DNA from: an uncultured Synechococcus sp.
GTDB lineage: Bacteria; Cyanobacteriota; Cyanobacteriia; Cyanobacteriales; MRBY01
Length of the DNA: 32,000 nucleotides
NCBI GenBank assembly: GCA_964638765.1
Contig: CAZXBK010000002.1
Location: forward strand, 72-32,071
Direction of reading: 5' to 3'
Position 1 is the first letter of the stretch. Each line of letters opens with the position of its first letter. The position numbers and the translations under genes are program-made. The notes under the pieces are model-generated. The model was not told the origin of the DNA. It searched no databases and was given only the letters and a program-made list of their open reading frames with translations. Below are positions 1 to 7,687 of this stretch, in pieces.

Positions 1-47
1 CTATGAACAAAGTTTGTAGGATTCTCTGGGGGCTGGATGAAAGATAA
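1..47 (+). CDS. 3' end of an ILYG-tail family small protein (5' end outside window)
   Basis: Frame 3 reads MNKVCRILWGLDER-stop (stop 45-47). NKVCRILWG matches the family tail. The next start (ATG 37) overlaps it. Confidence 0.45.
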   Translation, partial: MNKVCRILWGLDER

Positions 48-258
48 AACAGGTAAGGAAATTCAAGATGGGGATTTCGGGATATACAGTAATTATTATT
101 GTTTTAGTTTAGATCAAATTGTCAATGGTAAGTACATAACTCTACAAACTTTTGAAGGTGATTTTTATTGGTCGGGTCCATCAAATGAAACCTATAGAGA
201 AAGCTTTACTACTATCGGTAAACCCAAAATCCTGTCAACACTTTTCGGGACAAAATAA
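37..258 (+). CDS. ILYG-tail family small protein
   Basis: 73-aa ORF ending KPKILSTLFGTK. The stop TAA overlaps the next ATG (TAATG). Confidence 0.7.
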   Translation: MKDKTGKEIQDGDFGIYSNYYCFSLDQIVNGKYITLQTFEGDFYWSGPSNETYRESFTTIGKPKILSTLFGTK

Positions 259-371
259 TGAGATTTCTGAGAGAGCTTTACTGCCATTATTTTGGACACA
301 GGTGGATAAAATTCTACTCAACAGATATTTGTGATAGGTGTGGGATAATTAGGAGGAAGGTGAGGAAATGA
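258..371 (+). CDS. Hypothetical 37-aa Cys/His-containing peptide
   Basis: ATG 258 overlaps the upstream stop (TAATG) and its TGA overlaps the next ATG 368 (ATGA). Translation is MRFLRELYCHYFGHRWIKFYSTDICDRCGIIRRKVRK. Support comes only from the coupling geometry. Confidence 0.3.
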   Translation: MRFLRELYCHYFGHRWIKFYSTDICDRCGIIRRKVRK

Positions 372-571
372 ATGTAAAAGTTGGGGATGTGGTAATGTTA
401 ACGCAAGAGAGTCTTTTTACTGGAAGGTCGAAAAAAGGATCTATCTCTGTAGTATTAGAGGTCCATTCTGGTGGCATAATAACTTACTCGAAGGAATTTT
501 GGGTAGGTTCTTTTTTCTGCAAAATCGACACTAAAATAACCAACATCCTATTCGGAGCTCCCAATGCGTAG
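368..571 (+). CDS. ILYG-tail family small protein
   Basis: SD AGGAGGAAGG lies upstream. N-terminus is MNVKVGDVV and the tail is DTKITNILFGAPNA. Confidence 0.8.
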   Translation: MNVKVGDVVMLTQESLFTGRSKKGSISVVLEVHSGGIITYSKEFWVGSFFCKIDTKITNILFGAPNA

Positions 572-953
572 CTCCCTAATCAACACAGACTTTGCAAAAG
601 TCGTCACAGAACTCCGTATCAACAGATACGATTTCCACGTTACCGAAAATCCAATTACCTACGAAATTGACACAATATTTTGTGAACTAACTTTTTCCTT
701 GACAGGGAAACTCCTATCGGTGTATAATAAATTAGAAGAGAAAAGTAAGGTTGGAGCTTCACCTATTATTGACAGCAGACCTGCTATTCTTTTAAAACAG
801 TTACGAGCGTATTCTGCCTTAGCTCGCCTTTTGAGCTCCAACGATGTGAATGGGGCTAGACATTACTTAGATCAAGCTAAGAAGTGTTTAGCCCTATTTC
901 AGAAAGAGCAAGAGGACGTAACAGCAGAGTACCAGATTAAGGAGGTAGCGTGA
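564..953 (+). CDS. Hypothetical protein (129 aa)
   Basis: Long ORF whose ATG sits inside the upstream tail. No motif recognised. Confidence 0.6.
   Translation: MRSSLINTDFAKVVTELRINRYDFHVTENPITYEIDTIFCELTFSLTGKLLSVYNKLEEKSKVGASPIIDSRPAILLKQLRAYSALARLLSSNDVNGARHYLDQAKKCLALFQKEQEDVTAEYQIKEVA
699..728 (+). promoter_or_regulatory. Intragenic sigma70-like promoter
   Basis: TTGACA (699-704), 18-nt spacer, TATAAT (723-728), inside ORF 564..953. Confidence 0.45.
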
Positions 954-1117
954 ATCACGAAGTTAAACTTTTACTGGTTGTTGGATTTCTTTCATTATTG
1001 GTTTTCACCACAGGTGGGGATACCAAGGTTAGAAGAGATCCCAGTACGGTAGAAATGAAAAAGGCTGTTCAGGATCACAAATTGAAGGTCAAGAAACATT
1101 ATTGTAGGGCTGAGTGA
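950..1117 (+). CDS. Hypothetical small membrane protein (55 aa)
   Basis: GTG 950 overlaps the upstream TGA (GTGA), with SD AAGGAGG at 939-945. It has a hydrophobic stretch LLLVVGFLSLLVFTT. Its stop overlaps the next ATG 1117. Confidence 0.45.
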   Translation: MNHEVKLLLVVGFLSLLVFTTGGDTKVRRDPSTVEMKKAVQDHKLKVKKHYCRAE

Positions 1118-1336
1118 TGGATGTGAAAGTTGGGGATATTTGTTGGTGTAGTCAATTTCTTACCATAGTTCGGGTGTTGGGAGTTTTAGGTGATTACGGT
1201 TATCAGTTAGAAGATCTAACTCCAGATGGATTAGGTACTATGAATAAAAACTATTCTCAGTTAGCCGATCCCTGATTTCCCAATAACACCAATAAATAAT
1301 AAAATCCTAAACATCCTAGTCAAGGGGGAGAAATGA
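1117..1336 (+). pseudogene. ILYG-tail family member interrupted by a +1 frameshift (or recoded)
   Basis: Frame 1 reads MDVKVGDICW...SQLADP and stops at CCC TGA (1270-1275). The family-like tail INNKILNILVKGEK-stop (1334-1336, ATGA overlap with the next gene) is in frame 2, open from 1265. Confidence 0.5.
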
Positions 1337-1611
1337 AAGTATTAGTTAGTGCAGCTTTACCGACACTATCGGTAAACCAAAACCACACACTTACAGGCGA
1401 ACTTAGACAGAACCTGATTAACTTAGGTCTGGGTTTCGAGGGATGTATTTACATTACTGAAACTGGTCAAACAGTGGTTGGATTTATCTCAGATTGGGAT
1501 GATGCTCTTGAGGATATTTACACCACTGTCAATCAGAAATTTGAACACATGGAAAGATCTGTAGAAGGAGGAAAGGTGATCTGGAGGGGGCTGAATTATG
1601 AGCTGGTCTAA
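1333..1611 (+). CDS. Hypothetical protein (92 aa)
   Basis: ORF with SD GGGGGAG upstream and an ATGA overlap at its start. No motif recognised. Confidence 0.6.
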   Translation: MKVLVSAALPTLSVNQNHTLTGELRQNLINLGLGFEGCIYITETGQTVVGFISDWDDALEDIYTTVNQKFEHMERSVEGGKVIWRGLNYELV

Positions 1612-1789
1612 GGTAATCATTACTGGAGGCATAGCTGGTAGTGGATCTAACATAAAAGGAAAGGTAGTTCTTATTAGGGAAATTGGAATTTTTTATGATG
1701 TAAAAGGGTATTATCGAGGATTACCTAAGCCTTGGTTAGAATTTACAAAATCAAACAAAATAGCAAATATACTTTTTGGCTTGCAATAG
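1598..1789 (+). CDS. ILYG-tail family small protein
   Basis: 63-aa ORF ending KSNKIANILFGLQ. Confidence 0.7.
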   Translation: MSWSKVIITGGIAGSGSNIKGKVVLIREIGIFYDVKGYYRGLPKPWLEFTKSNKIANILFGLQ

Positions 1790-1809
1790 CAAACCTATTA
1801 TGGTAAAAT
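1781..1809 (+). promoter_or_regulatory. Sigma70-like promoter upstream of the MoxR-like gene
   Basis: TTGCAA (1781-1786), 17 nt, TGg-TAAAAT (-10 at 1804-1809). SD AAAGGAG and ATG 1828 follow. Confidence 0.55.
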
Positions 1810-1827
1810 AATCTAAAGGAGAAGAAA

Positions 1828-3015
1828 ATGAAATTACAAGAAGCAAAAATCGCAGTACCAATTATGGCAAAAGCAGGAATCGTACCACTTTTCTACGGAG
1901 CACAGGGTAAAGGTAAAACTGAATCCATGCGTCAGTTAGCAGAGTCAATGGGTTACAGGTTTGTTTCCCTGAGACTCGGACAACTCACAGACTCCGGTGA
2001 CCTTACAGGTCTTCCAGACTTCTCAACATTAGAGGTGAATGGTCAGGAAGTGAAGGTGACTGATTTTATGCAACCTAAGTTCCTACCAGTTGCTGGCGAG
2101 AAAGTGTTCCTATTCCTCGATGAGGTTAACAGGACACCTAATGATATTATCCAAGCTGTCTTCCAACTGGTTGAGAGAAATGGTGGTATCGGCGAATACA
2201 AACTGGATTTCACAAAAGATCCAGAAACAGGTCTACCTAATACTATTAGGGCAGCAGCATGCAACCCTCCAACGGACGATTTCGTTGTTCAGGATTTCGA
2301 TGACCTAGCTTGGCAAGACCGCTTCGTTCACATCAAATTTGAACCAACGGTAGCAGAATTTCTTGACTATATGGATTCAAAAGGTGTGCATGGATCGATT
2401 ACTCACTTCCTTAGAAGTCAACCAACAATGATCGAAGTTGAGTCTAAGGATTTCAACCTTAACCACGTAAAACCATCTCGAAGAAGTTGGGAGTCGGTGG
2501 CAAAAGTTATTGAACAAGCTGAAGGTGTGGATCGTGCAGTTATTAATGAAATTTGTTGCGGTCTCGTAGGGGTGGAAGCATATACAGCTTACCAATCGTC
2601 AAGAAAGAATTATGATCTTGTGTTGAAAGGAACGGATGTTCTGGATAAATTTGATGAGGTAAAATCCAATATCCCATTTGACAGAACAGACCTAATCTCT
2701 AAGATTAACCTTGAGATCCTAGAAGAACTCAAGCAGGACAATGTTACAAAAGAGCGCGGTCTCAACCTAATCAAGTACCTAAACAAGATCCCAAAAGATA
2801 TGGGTGTGTCTTTCTTCCAAACCACACTAGAAACGATGGTTAAGGTGGTAAAAGATGACAAAGAAGTTGAGGAGCCAGTTGTGTCTCAACCGAATGTTCT
2901 GAAGCACTTCTTTGATTTTGAAGTTGATGCAGCAGACCAACACATCGAAGATGAGTTTGTAAAAATCTACGGTGAAGCACTAAAACCTAACCAGGAAAAG
3001 GAAGATGAGAAATAA
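1828..3015 (+). CDS. MoxR-like AAA+ ATPase
   Basis: Walker A GAQGKGKTE, Walker B FLFLDEVNR and the AAACNP segment typical of AAA_5/MoxR proteins. It overlaps a VWA-domain partner. Confidence 0.88.
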   Translation: MKLQEAKIAVPIMAKAGIVPLFYGAQGKGKTESMRQLAESMGYRFVSLRLGQLTDSGDLTGLPDFSTLEVNGQEVKVTDFMQPKFLPVAGEKVFLFLDEVNRTPNDIIQAVFQLVERNGGIGEYKLDFTKDPETGLPNTIRAAACNPPTDDFVVQDFDDLAWQDRFVHIKFEPTVAEFLDYMDSKGVHGSITHFLRSQPTMIEVESKDFNLNHVKPSRRSWESVAKVIEQAEGVDRAVINEICCGLVGVEAYTAYQSSRKNYDLVLKGTDVLDKFDEVKSNIPFDRTDLISKINLEILEELKQDNVTKERGLNLIKYLNKIPKDMGVSFFQTTLETMVKVVKDDKEVEEPVVSQPNVLKHFFDFEVDAADQHIEDEFVKIYGEALKPNQEKEDEK

Positions 3016-4354
3016 TATTGTTGAAGAAGCAATTATCCGACTAATCAAAAAAGAAAGGTTTTTCGCTAATCTAATCGGTCAATTCAACAGGGTGTACGTA
3101 GGAGACGATCACCCTGTCAAGACCGCAGCAGTTAGCATCACGGACAAAATCAATCTTTACGTTTACGTCCCATTTTTTGAGAACCCTTTTAAAATGGAGA
3201 TGCCGGCTCAGGAAGAGCTTGACAAAATCAAGGAGCAGCTAGGTAAGGATTATGATAAGTGGTATGAGCAGACTCAGGATAGGATTAAAAAAGCTAAGAA
3301 AGTGGAAAACCCAACAACGGAGCAGATCCACAGAGCGCAAGAGGTTATCCTGATTCACGAGTGTTTACACATAATGAATACACACATTACTCGTTTTAAA
3401 AAGCTTAACACAAAAATCGGTGATACCAAATACAGCTTCTCAGCACAGGCAGCAAACATTGCAATGGACTGTGCGATTAACCAGCTCCATGGAGTTGAGG
3501 AAGCAGTGGATCTTTTTGGTGGCATTACTTTAAAATCTTTTAGGGAAATGTTGGAAGACGATACCATCGAAGCTAACCAACACTTTGAGTATTACTTCAA
3601 CAAAATGCACGAAAATGCAGAGAAGTTGATCCAAAAGTACGGTGAATCGATGGAAGGTGTCTCCAATCAGGACAACCACGAAATGTGGGAAGAAGGTGGA
3701 GAAGGCGGTCAAATGGAAGAGGCTATAGCTAAGAATGCTGTGAAGAAAGCGGCAGAAGCTACAGGTCGTGGTAACATCCCTGGGGATCTCTTACTAATGA
3801 TTGACGAGCTCCTAACCTCTAAGGTGAATTGGAAGCAAAAGCTTAGACAATTTATCCAAGCTAGGGTGAGAGCTAACAAAAAGGCTACTAGGTCTAAGCG
3901 TAACCGTAGGTATGGGATTGTGTTCCCTGGCAAGAAAAAGGATTACGTTGCACACATTGCCGTTGCAGTGGATACTTCTGGATCGATGTCAGATCAAGAC
4001 CTTGCTAGGTGTTTCACTGAGATCCACAAAATCGCTACAACAACCAATGTTAGGTTAACCGTAATCGAGGCTGATGCACAGGTTACACAGGTTTATCCGT
4101 TTGACGTAAAAACTCCACCAAGTCCGAAAGGCAGGGGTGGTACGGCTTACCAACCAGCTTTTGACAAAGCTACGGAATTAGATGTTGACGGTGTGTTGTA
4201 CATGGGAGACTTTGACGCGTTCGACACGCCTAAGAAACCTAAGTACCCAGTGCTTTGGGTTGGAATTGGGTGTAACCCAGGTAGACAAACTCCAGGTGAT
4301 TTTGGTAGCGTGGTTTACATTGACACGAAGGATGGTGTTGAAAGTGCAGCTTAG
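3005..4354 (+). CDS. Putative metallopeptidase-like (HExxH) / von Willebrand A domain protein (DUF2201-like)
   Basis: HECLH motif in the N-terminal half and MIDAS motif VAVDTSGSMS in the C-terminal half. The start overlaps the MoxR gene by 11 nt. Confidence 0.82.
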   Translation: MRNNIVEEAIIRLIKKERFFANLIGQFNRVYVGDDHPVKTAAVSITDKINLYVYVPFFENPFKMEMPAQEELDKIKEQLGKDYDKWYEQTQDRIKKAKKVENPTTEQIHRAQEVILIHECLHIMNTHITRFKKLNTKIGDTKYSFSAQAANIAMDCAINQLHGVEEAVDLFGGITLKSFREMLEDDTIEANQHFEYYFNKMHENAEKLIQKYGESMEGVSNQDNHEMWEEGGEGGQMEEAIAKNAVKKAAEATGRGNIPGDLLLMIDELLTSKVNWKQKLRQFIQARVRANKKATRSKRNRRYGIVFPGKKKDYVAHIAVAVDTSGSMSDQDLARCFTEIHKIATTTNVRLTVIEADAQVTQVYPFDVKTPPSPKGRGGTAYQPAFDKATELDVDGVLYMGDFDAFDTPKKPKYPVLWVGIGCNPGRQTPGDFGSVVYIDTKDGVESAA

Positions 4355-4616
4355 ATGGGTAGTAAATTTTTTGAGTAACAAGAATGCTTTCGGTAAGGCT
4401 GAGTGTGGAAAACATTCAGAAGGCGCAAACATTTTAGCTCACGAAAGTTCAAATCTCGGACACCATTTTCAAATCCGACACCTAAAACCCTACGAATGGA
4501 TTTTAGAAAGAGGAAAGTGGCAACCCTGCTCAGAGCAAAGGGTGATCGAAAAGGTCGCCCAACGCTACCCCGTGATAGGATCAAAAATTGTAGGAGTGCT
4601 TTATGGAATTACCTAA
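4355..4616 (+). pseudogene. ILYG-tail family member needing a +1 shift in a T6 run (or a TTG start at 4371)
   Basis: ATG 4355 abuts the upstream stop (TAGATG) and reads MGSKFFE-stop. The +1 frame runs open from the T6 run (4367-4372) to the tail GSKIVGVLYGIT (stop 4614-4616). Confidence 0.45.
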
Positions 4617-4842
4617 GGTGGGAGAGGTTTGGAGATTTTATCATTTTGAAACAGATTCTTCTATGTCTGTTGTTTTTGTTGAGCCTCTTGATTTCGACTT
4701 TCGATACCATTCAATAGAAGATGATATTAGACATTCTTTTAGTAAAGCAACTTTTGAGAGAGACACAAAGCTTCGTACAGCGGTTTGGACTAAAATTGAT
4801 TCTAAAGTAATCCGCTTACTCTATGGTTTGGAGGAAAAATGA
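4603..4842 (+). CDS. ILYG-tail family small protein
   Basis: N-terminus MELPKVGEVW and tail DSKVIRLLYGLEEK. Its ATG is embedded in the upstream TAT GGA codons, 8 nt after AGGAG. Confidence 0.8.
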   Translation: MELPKVGEVWRFYHFETDSSMSVVFVEPLDFDFRYHSIEDDIRHSFSKATFERDTKLRTAVWTKIDSKVIRLLYGLEEK

Positions 4843-5051
4843 GAGAAATACCCAAGGTGGGAGATTGGATAATAGGTGAAGTTTTTTATGCGAACGGTAG
4901 GAGAAAGGTGCTTGCACAAAAAGTAGGATTAGTGTTAGTGAATTGGTTTACAACAAAACCTGAACATTTTTCTTACAGCTCTTATTGGAGTAGTCCCTAT
5001 TGGTGTAACACTAACAAAGTAGTTAAAATCCTATATGGAATCGAGGAGTGA
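4839..5051 (+). CDS. ILYG-tail family small protein
   Basis: N-terminus MREIPKVGDW and tail NTNKVVKILYGIEE, with an ATGA overlap at its start. Confidence 0.8.
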   Translation: MREIPKVGDWIIGEVFYANGRRKVLAQKVGLVLVNWFTTKPEHFSYSSYWSSPYWCNTNKVVKILYGIEE

Positions 5052-5425
5052 ATATGATAAAATTACTCTACATCCTAACTTCCCTATTCGCTTCAGACAT
5101 CGAGCTGAAACACCTGTCTCTGGAATACGAGTATGCTGTGGGAACCAACCGACCTCCCTACTTTTTTGAAGGGTACGGTCGAAAAGTTGGTGAGCTAAAT
5201 CTAAACATGCGTACAGAAATAGACAACATTTACAGCATTATCCGAGTTGAGTCGATAATTGCTGAGAGACAGTTTAGCAATGTTGCACTGGACACCGAAC
5301 TTGGGATTAAGTGGGAAAGGTTTGATTTTTACACCCAACACCGGAGTGAGCATATTCTAGATCAAACCATGCCTCAGAAATACCCTAATGAGAACTCAGT
5401 TGGGGTAAGGGTGAACCTAAAGTGA
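5048..5425 (+). CDS. Hypothetical protein with hydrophobic N-terminus (possible signal peptide)
   Basis: GTG start overlapping the upstream stop. N-terminus is MNMIKLLYILTSLFASD. Confidence 0.55.
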   Translation: MNMIKLLYILTSLFASDIELKHLSLEYEYAVGTNRPPYFFEGYGRKVGELNLNMRTEIDNIYSIIRVESIIAERQFSNVALDTELGIKWERFDFYTQHRSEHILDQTMPQKYPNENSVGVRVNLK

Positions 5426-5628
5426 AAGAACAGGTTTACCTAACCAAATTAAATGAACCTGTGATCCTACAACCATTGGAAATGGGAGGTAAACTGATTA
5501 TGTCAGGATTCTGGTTAGTTGATATAATAAATCAACATAATGGTTTGGTGTCCTCTGAGAGCTCTGAGGAATTTATAGTTGCTCCTAAAGTCTTTCAGAT
5601 ACTGTGGGGTTACCATGAAACAGTATGA
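5422..5628 (+). CDS. ILYG-tail family small protein (Trp variant)
   Basis: GTGA overlap start. The tail is APKVFQILWGYHETV. Confidence 0.65.
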   Translation: MKEQVYLTKLNEPVILQPLEMGGKLIMSGFWLVDIINQHNGLVSSESSEEFIVAPKVFQILWGYHETV

Positions 5629-5794
5629 CCTATTTTCAGGTAAACTTGAGGAGAAAATTCAGGAAGATAAAATTTACTGCTCCTGTAAAAACCCAAAGAC
5701 TAAGCGGAGCCATGCCTGTGTCAACCAAAAACCTAAGGAAGAAGACATGTTTTACATTTGTGTTTTTTGTAAGAAGGAGTGGAAGCGTGGATAA
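5615..5794 (+). CDS. Small Cys-rich (zinc-ribbon-like) protein
   Basis: ATG 5615 lies inside the upstream tail. The two Cys pairs are CSC...CVFC in MKQYDLFSGKLEEKIQEDKIYCSCKNPKTKRSHACVNQKPKEEDMFYICVFCKKEWKRG. Confidence 0.5.
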   Translation: MKQYDLFSGKLEEKIQEDKIYCSCKNPKTKRSHACVNQKPKEEDMFYICVFCKKEWKRG

Positions 5795-6020
5795 GTTTAT
5801 AGTGGGGATGCCTGTACGGTATATTTATAAATCCAATAAATGGCTTACAAAAGATAAAATTTACACTTGCACATACGTTGACAACGTTAGAACAAATATT
5901 CCTTATGTTGGAGTGTTTGCTGATAACACAGGAAGTAAAAATGCCTGGCTTAGGGAATATTTCCAACCCCTCCGCACAAAAGTGACTGACCTCCTATACG
6001 GAGTAACCGATGAGAGTTAG
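5787..6020 (+). CDS. ILYG-tail family small protein
   Basis: GTG 5787 lies 9 nt after SD AAGGAG. The tail is LRTKVTDLLYGVTDES. The longer 5625 start would overlap the zinc-ribbon ORF. Confidence 0.7.
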   Translation: MDKFIVGMPVRYIYKSNKWLTKDKIYTCTYVDNVRTNIPYVGVFADNTGSKNAWLREYFQPLRTKVTDLLYGVTDES

Positions 6021-6220
6021 ACCGGGGCAGATATGGGCGTGGGATAGTAATTATCACAACCAATTGTACCAAATTATAGGGATTTACGTTGGTGGGTGTT
6101 GGATAATCCCCATTAAATACCAATTTTGAAATAAAAAGATACCCCTTAGGTTATTTTGAAGATGACATTTGGACAATTAAACATGATTCTAAAATAACCC
6201 GAATCCTATTTGGAGAATAA
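6010..6220 (+). pseudogene. ILYG-tail family member interrupted by a +1 frameshift at TTT TGA (or recoded)
   Basis: ATG 6010 (gATGA inside the upstream tail) reads MRVRPGQIWAWDSNYHNQLYQIIGIYVGGCWIIPIKYQF and stops at 6127-6129. The +1 frame, open from 6107, reads ...EIKRYPLGYFEDDIWTIKHDSKITRILFGE-stop (6218-6220). Confidence 0.5.
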
Positions 6221-6221
6221 C

Positions 6222-7217
6222 ATGCAATTTTCACACTCAGCTATAGAAAAATACAAGGAATGTCCTAGGAAGTACCACCTGTACTACCAACAAAAGTTAA
6301 GACCTGTCCTAATGCGATCCCCCCTATTCTTTGGTAGTCTGGTGGACGATGTGGTAGGACGAATGCTTATGGAAAAAAAGGAAGCCCCCACAGACGAGGA
6401 ACTGGACCTAATCTTATCCAAAAGCTGTGATGAAATAATCCAAGATGCGGTAGAGCTTTGGAAAGAGGATGAAAAACTTCGATTCTCACAGGCAGATTTG
6501 GACCTCTCGCTGTTCTCAGAGGAAGACCTTACCGATTGCTTTACCCGATGCTCAGAATTGAATTTAGAGGTATCTGAGGACTCCTATCAGGCTTTCCTAG
6601 ATGCTTGTAAAACTCAACTGAAGAGTGACAATTTTGCTCTAGATCGTGAGGTGCAGTTAGGATACAACTATTTCTTCATTAGGTCTCTAGTGCTGAAATT
6701 AGGAATGATACTTCCTAAGGTGCAGGATTGGATTGATGGGAGTGTGGACGCTGTTTTGGATATTCAAAAAAAGATCGAATTACAGGATGGCGACGATATC
6801 ATAATTGGATACATAGATTTCACTGCCAGGATGAAAGATGGTACTGTCCGAATTTGGGACTTAAAAACCTCCTCGAAGGCGTACAAAGAAAATGAAGCAA
6901 ACGAATCGCAACAGTTGACAATTTACTCAGAATATGCTACAATATTAGACGTAGGTTTTCTGGTTGTCCAAAAATCTATCAGAAAAAGGGAACCTAGGGT
7001 GCGATTACAGGAAGTTATCGGCAAAATCACCCAAGAACAGGCAGATAAGGTGTTTGCAGAGATTACCGAGATTGTCAATAAAATTGTAGAATCAGGTAGA
7101 GAAACTTCCCTTTATCCAAAAAATTTGAATAGCTGTCACAACTTCGGCGGGTGTGACTATCGCGACTACTGCAAGTGGGGCAGTGAGAAAGGGTTGGAGC
7201 GTAAAGGTGAAAGCTAA
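6222..7217 (+). CDS. Cas4-like / RecB-family PD-(D/E)XK exonuclease with Cys cluster
   Basis: N-terminal Cys (YKECPRKY), core IDFTARMKDGTVRIWDLKTS, the QQLTIY motif, and C-terminal CHNFGGCDYRDYC. ATG 6222 is preferred over TTG 6210. Confidence 0.82.
   Translation: MQFSHSAIEKYKECPRKYHLYYQQKLRPVLMRSPLFFGSLVDDVVGRMLMEKKEAPTDEELDLILSKSCDEIIQDAVELWKEDEKLRFSQADLDLSLFSEEDLTDCFTRCSELNLEVSEDSYQAFLDACKTQLKSDNFALDREVQLGYNYFFIRSLVLKLGMILPKVQDWIDGSVDAVLDIQKKIELQDGDDIIIGYIDFTARMKDGTVRIWDLKTSSKAYKENEANESQQLTIYSEYATILDVGFLVVQKSIRKREPRVRLQEVIGKITQEQADKVFAEITEIVNKIVESGRETSLYPKNLNSCHNFGGCDYRDYCKWGSEKGLERKGES
6915..6943 (+). promoter_or_regulatory. Intragenic sigma70-like promoter inside the nuclease gene
   Basis: TTGACA (6915-6920), 17 nt, TGc-TACAAT (-10 at 6938-6943). 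Confidence 0.4.
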
Positions 7218-7443
7218 GGATTTGTTGAAGTATGTTACGAAAGAGGAATTTGGTAGTGGAATAGGACCATATGTTAGAGTGTATCTTGAAGATCTTAAGT
7301 ACGAAAGGCAAGAAATTATTGCTGGTTTTTCTAATCCCGGAAAGAGTCCAAAAAAGTTTACCCGAGACCAGTTCGTAACTGAGACACTCAAACGTAATCC
7401 TTGGATTAACACAAAGATGTCAAGGATTTTATATGGCGACTGA
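7207..7443 (+). CDS. ILYG-tail family small protein
   Basis: GTG 7207 follows AAAGG. The tail is NTKMSRILYGD. The upstream part of track ORF 7153 overlaps the nuclease gene. Confidence 0.7.
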   Translation: MKAKDLLKYVTKEEFGSGIGPYVRVYLEDLKYERQEIIAGFSNPGKSPKKFTRDQFVTETLKRNPWINTKMSRILYGD

Positions 7444-7687
7444 GTTGGAAAGGTTTAAGAATATTTTTTCTAAAAATATTTACGAAACCGGTAGAACAGC
7501 CTATTCTCTCTGTGGAAATTTCTGTGTGAGAAATTATGAATTTCATTATCCTGATATTAGCTGCGAATTTGGTAGTGATTGGTTTGAGGAAGTAGATTTA
7601 GAAACCCTAGCAAAAACATTTTTTAAGAAATACCCCTACGTGGAAACAAAAATATATAGGACACTTTATGGAAAAAAAGACAACTAA
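7433..7687 (+). CDS. ILYG-tail family small protein
   Basis: Its ATG is embedded in the upstream TAT GGC codons. The tail is ETKIYRTLYGKKDN. Confidence 0.75.
   Translation: MATELERFKNIFSKNIYETGRTAYSLCGNFCVRNYEFHYPDISCEFGSDWFEEVDLETLAKTFFKKYPYVETKIYRTLYGKKDN

Noticed and set aside
152-334. 60-aa track ORF overlapping 37..258.
   Set aside because: It is out of frame with a family member that has a clear tail, and it has no coupling geometry or SD.
2043-2861. Antisense and alternative-frame track ORFs inside the MoxR-like gene (2043..2264-, 2090..2308+, 2377..2595-, 2610..2861-). Similar shadows lie inside the VWA gene (3355..3933-).
   Set aside because: They are fully nested in long motif-bearing ORFs, lack SD sites and have no recognisable motifs. 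They are typical shadow ORFs.
4440-4490. tRNA-like T-loop strings (GTTCAAATC and TTTCAAATCC) followed by ACACCA/ACACC.
   Set aside because: I could not build a 5-bp T-stem or a 7-bp acceptor stem by hand. At best 4 acceptor pairs form over a span that is too short (about 63 nt). The region is better explained as coding sequence of a family member containing an imperfect direct repeat.
4403-4717. 104-aa extremely basic ORF (MWKTFRRRKHFSSRKFK...).
   Set aside because: It overlaps two family members out of frame, has no SD, and its composition looks like an off-frame artefact.
5625-5786. Long N-terminal extension of the 5625..6020 ORF (131 aa).
   Set aside because: It overlaps the better-supported zinc-ribbon ORF 5615..5794. 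GTG 5787, with SD AAGGAG, gives a family-sized protein.
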